Positions 59,270 to 64,000 of a stretch of DNA of 64,000 nucleotides are shown in pieces; the first letter of the stretch is position 1; each line of letters starts with the position of its first letter. A program made the position numbers and the translations under genes. The notes beneath the pieces were generated by a model, which searched no databases, was not told where the DNA came from, and was given only the letters and a program-made list of their open reading frames with translations. Source of the stretch: the human T2T-CHM13v2.0 reference genome, Homo sapiens; NCBI RefSeq assembly GCF_009914755.1, contig NC_060936.1; one strand, given 5' to 3'.

Positions 59270-60094
59270 CACATGATAGAACTGACCTCCTACCTCACTC
59301 TCTCATTGCCTTTTAGTATCTGCCTCTCCCACAACTGGTAAAATGTTTCATCACATGGCTGGGACTGATCAGAGTGCCCTGTCTCCTACCACTCCAGGCA
59401 CAGTGACTGGTCCAGGAGTGAGCATATGATCTAAGTAGGGCCAATAAGAGGGAAATTTTCTAGGTCTGATAATAACTCTTGGATGAAAACATCTCTTTCC
59501 TTCTGAAATTCTTAAATGGCACCAAAAATCATTTAAGGTTGGGACTGATGAGGGCCCTCTTGATGCCAACATGGAAGAAAGCAGAGCTAAATAATGAAGT
59601 GACAAAGGGGGATTCCTACTGACATCTTTTTTCTCTTTCTTTCTTTCTTTTTTTTTTTGAGACAAGGTCTCACTGTCACCCAGGCTGGAGTGCAGTGACG
59701 CGTTCATGGTTCACTGCAGCCTCAAACTCTTGGGTTCAAGCCATTCTCCTGCTTCAGCCTCCCCAGTGGCTGTGATTACAGGTGTGCACGTCCATGCCTG
59801 GCTAATTTATTTTTATTTTTGTAGAGATAGGGTTTCACTATGTTGCCCCAGCTCGTCTGGAACTCCTGGCCTCAAGCGATCCTCCTGCTTCAGGCTTCCA
59901 AAGTGCTGGGATTAGAGGTGTCAGCCACTGCGCCCAGCCTGATGCCATCATTTCAGTTCCTGGTCTCAGCCATGACCGAAGCAAGGTGCTTCCCTAGACT
60001 TGTCCAATTATTTGACCTAATAAATTTCCCTGTTTATTTAAACTAATCTGAACTGGCTTTCTGTCTTTGGCAATCAAGGCTCTTGACTAATGTA
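59270..60094 (+). mobile_element. MLT1 LTR split by Alu 59627-59939 (minus)
   Basis: cagtgactggtccagg; aataaatttccctg...tttctgtctttggcaatcaagg...gactaatgta. Confidence 0.75.
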
Positions 60095-60853
60095 ACTATT
60101 GTTAAGGTTTTGATATGTATTTCCAAATTACCTCCCAGAACTACATTGCCAAATACACATGTGGAATGTGGAATTTTAAATTGAATTAATGTTAATATTG
60201 CTGCAATGTATCAGTGTAGAATTACAGTATGAGTCAATCTATCTTTTTTTCGTATTTCCATACCCTCATGAGTAAAGCAAAACATCTCAAACAAATCATC
60301 ACACTCAAGTAAGTAAAGGTGGAGACTGTGATGAATAGAGATCAAGCTAGGTTTATATTATGCCCAGACATCAGGCTGAGTACAAGCCCTTGCTGTCAGG
60401 GAGGGGGAAATAAGGTCCATGTACCCTGTAGCCAGTTACACAGTGTGTCTCTAATACCTTTACTTTCTTCCCACATGCAGAAGTGAAAGTTAAGAGAAGT
60501 CTGAAGAAGGAGTCAGTTCCAAGAAAGGAGTTAAATTATTCAAGAGTAAGTTGTCAACTTCAAGTCAGTGAGCCAAGGCAGAGTAGTTCATAAAGAAACT
60601 GTGACTAGACTAGGTGGTACTCAGTTTCTGAGACAGATTTCTGAGCCAGGCCTGTGGGCAGCTGTACGAGGAGATGGGTTGGGGAGGGGTGATTTTAAAA
60701 GGATGCTAAATAACACTGGCAAAACCAAATCAACTCCACACACCAGTGAGATGAACTGGAAAACAGTGTTCATTACTCCAGTTTTTCTATCAACTCCTTA
60801 TGTAGCTGTGGAGCTAAAAACTGGCTCCAGTCTCACTGAGGTAGACACTATCC

Positions 60854-61148
60854 TTTTTTTATTTTTTTTAATGGAGACAGAGTCTCGTTGTGTCGCCCAG
60901 GCTGGAATGCAGTGGTGCAATCTCTGCAACCTCCACCTCCCAGGCTGAAGCAATTCTCGTGCCTCAGCCTCCTGAGTAGCTGGGACTACAGACACACACC
61001 ACCATGCCTGGCTAATTTTTGTATTTTTTAGTAGAGATGGAGTTTCAGCATGTTGGCCAGGCTGGTCTCAAACTCCTGACCTCAAGTGATCCACTGGCCT
61101 CAGCCTCCCAAATTGTTGGCATTACAGGCATGAGCCACCACGCCCAGC
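60854..61148 (-). mobile_element. Alu (AluS-like)
   Basis: Alu dimer. Confidence 0.94.
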
Positions 61149-61169
61149 AGCTCTATTCTTTTAAATAAA

Positions 61170-61764
61170 ATTTGTACGATGCTATTGATTTGGACTGGGC
61201 CTCTACAGATCAAACCAAAATGGAGTCACTCATGCTAAAGTTTCATGTCACCAAACAGAAACTAAGTCATCTACCTTTCAAGAAACTAAGGGGGAGAGAG
61301 AGAAAGAGGGAAAGACAGCATAGCCAAATCCCCTAACAGGCCAGTTTTAGCTGGCATGATAAAGGAGTACCCCCTGCTTTAATCCGATAAGGAAAGTAAC
61401 TTTGAAATGACCGATTCACTTTTTGTTCCTTATTTCTGCTTTTTTTTAACCCCTTTTCTGCCTATAAAGCCCACCTCTTCTGCTTAGCTCATCAGATCAC
61501 CTTTTCTAAATTTTTTATTTTATTTATTGATTGATTTTGGGTAGAGATGGGGGTCTCTCTCTGTTACACAGGCTGTTCTCAAACTTCTGGGATCAAGTGA
61601 TCCTCCTGCCTTGGCCTCCCAAAGTGTTGGGATTACAGGCATGAGCCATGGTGCCCAGCCACCTTTTCTAAATTTTTATGGGAGATAGTACCCTGATCCA
61701 TTCATCACAAATAAAAGCCAATTAGATCACTTAACTACATTTGTTGTAATTTTGTCTTTTGACA
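61170..61764 (+). mobile_element. ERV1-class LTR with FLAM insert 61512-61660 (minus)
   Basis: ccaaaatggagtcactcatgct; TATA cctataaag; aataaa; ends tgaca; FLAM TSD caccttttctaaatttt. Confidence 0.75.
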
Positions 61765-62699
61765 GTTCTCAAAAGGAAATGAAAACAACACTTTATTAGC
61801 AGCAGCGCATCTAAAATGGATATTTTTGAGATGCACCTGTGCACTCTTGGTCAGTTGAAACTTCTGAGTCAACAGTAGGTGGCCTAGTGCTGTTTCCCGA
61901 GAATGAGTGGTTTAACTCACCCTTTCATATACCTCTCAAAATGATTTCTTGTTCTTAAAATTACGAATAAACAAAACTGAAGTGAGAAGATGAGCTTCAG
62001 AAAAATGGGAACTGATCATTAAACTTTTTTTAGAACATTTCCTGTTCTTCAGCTAGTAGAAGTGGATTATTTTAAAAATCTGTTTCTACTTAGACTTTTT
62101 ATTGATTAAAAAATAATACATTTCTCCATATCCTGACCAAATCAATGTTGAATACACATTGGTAGGATATTGCTTGTAGGGGCTGCTTGACTTGGCCCAG
62201 GCTTGCTGGGTGGTTGGACGTGAAGGGTAGGATAAAGCCGCAAAGATCTCCCCACCCCCCAGCCCCAGATTGCTTAACTGAAGAGACTTTGGAGACCAGC
62301 TGGGTAGCCAGGATTGCAGAAGAACAAACTTGAGGACCAGCCAGTTCTGCATTAGAAATTTTGGAGGCATTGTCCAGAGCCCTGAGAATGAGAGAAGATC
62401 TCCAACCATCCACGGCTGTTTGGGCAAAGAAAGCATCGGGGAAAGGGAGGTAGGACTCAATAGCTGAGAATCAGGCAAAAAAAATCGGGAAAGTGGGTAA
62501 TTATCTTATTCCCCACTATCTCTCCTTTCCACTGGCCACCCTTCCAGGCATCCTGTGATCTGAATTCCAGCTCTGCTCAGTTCAGCCTGGGGAATCAGAA
62601 GAAAAATTGTCTCTGTCCACAAATCCCTTTCCCCTACCTCTGCTGCTTCAGTGACAAAAACTGAAAGAAGAAATTGGTGTAACAAAACTTTAAAATTTG

Positions 62700-64000
62700 T
62701 ATATTTAGAAAATCTGAAAGAATCAACAAGGAGAACTCCTGGAACTAGTGCAGGATATGGTTAACATCCAAAAGTCAATTGCAACCAAGTGCAGTGGCTC
62801 ACGCCTATAATCCCAGCAGTTTTAGGAGGCTGAGGTGGTAAACTGCTTTAGCCCAGGAGTTCGAGACCAGCCTGGGCAACATGGTGAAACCATGTCTCTA
62901 CAAAAAATAGAAAAATTAGCCGGGCACTGTGGCATGTGCCTGTAGTCTCAGCTATTTGGGAGGTTGAGGTGGGAGGATCACTTGAGCTTGGGAGGTCAAG
63001 GCTGCAGTGAGCCATGACCATGCCACTGTGCTCCAGCCTGGGTGACAGAGTAAGACCCTGTCTCCAAAAAAAAAAAAAAAAAAGTCAATTGCTTTCTCAT
63101 ATACCAGCAATGAACAAATGAAATTTGAAATAAAAACCACAATACCATTTACATCAGCATTCCCCAAAATGAAATTGGTAGAAATCTAATAATATATGAA
63201 GAAGTTCTAGATAATGAAGAGTATAAAACTCTGATAAGAAAAATTTAAAAAGATCTAAATGATTGGAAAGATATTCCATGTTCATGGACAGGAAGACTTA
63301 TCTGGTCAAGATTTCAATTCTTCCCAACTTGATCTATAGATTTAATGCATTCTCAATAAAAAGCCCAGCAATATATTTTGTGAACATGAACAAACTGATT
63401 TTAAAGTTTATAGGAAGGGAAAAAGACCCAGAATAGCCAACACAATATTGAAGAAGAAGAACGAAGTCAGAGGACCAACACTATACCATAACAAAGACAG
63501 TGTGATAGTGGTGAAAGAATAGACAGATAGATCAATGGAACAGAATAGAGAAGCCAGAAATAATTTACATAAATATAATAAAACTGATCTTTGACAAAGT
63601 AACAAGGCAATAAAATAGAGAAAAAGAGAAACTTTTCAACAAAAGGTGCTGGAACAATGGAACATCCAAATGGAAAACAAAAATTGAATCTAGACACAGA
63701 CTTTACACCCTTCACAAAAATTAATTCAGAATGGATCATAGACCTATATGTAAAATGTGAAACTATTAAAATCTCCTAGATAATAACCCTGGAAAAAAAT
63801 CTAGATGACCTTGGGTATGGCAATGACTTTTAAAATACAATACTAAAGTCATGATCCATGAAATAAGAAGTTGGTAAGCTAGACTTCATTAAAATTTACA
63901 ACTTCTGCTCTGCAAGAGAATGAGAAGATAAGCCACAGATGGAAGAAAATATTTGCAAATGACATATGTGATAAAGGACTGTTATCTAAAATATACAAAG
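62700..64000 (+). mobile_element. L1M ORF2 fragment with Alu 62786-63083 (plus)
   Basis: gatattccatgttcatgg; aaaaattaattcagaatggatcatagacc; Alu TSD aaaagtcaattgc. Confidence 0.9.

Noticed and set aside
61872-61887. CTCF-like acagtaggtggcct (similar partial matches near 16065 and 26647)
   Set aside because: Key positions mismatch; cannot be called without PWM scoring or ChIP.
62086-62478. Overlapping 104-130 aa ORFs
   Set aside because: No domain or family similarity and no convincing splice context.

Overview
Primate, human-like non-coding DNA dominated by repeats. I can support no host protein-coding exon, tRNA, rRNA or CRISPR feature; the long ORFs in the track come from L1, Alu or LTR sequence, or show no homology I recognise. 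Main content: a full-length degenerate L1PA7-like LINE (5890-12400, minus) nested with an LTR and Alus inside an older L1M; an ERVL pol remnant; about 32 Alu/FLAM copies; LTR16/33, MLT1, MST, MER21 and MER52 LTRs; hAT and mariner DNA elements; L2 and MIR relics. Best leads: (1) an 86-87 bp copy of an Alu-tail/LTR junction pasted 5.3 kb from its source with no retrotransposition hallmarks; (2) repeated fold-back/template-switch scars, including a pre-miRNA-shaped 30-bp hairpin that shares a 13-mer with a nearby duplication junction; (3) a dense CArG-box (SRF) cluster at 33.5-34.1 kb; (4) an open ORF0 homologue and splice donor in the L1 antisense promoter, facing a strong acceptor/candidate exon at 25.3 kb. 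Repeat family names and boundaries are by eye and approximate.
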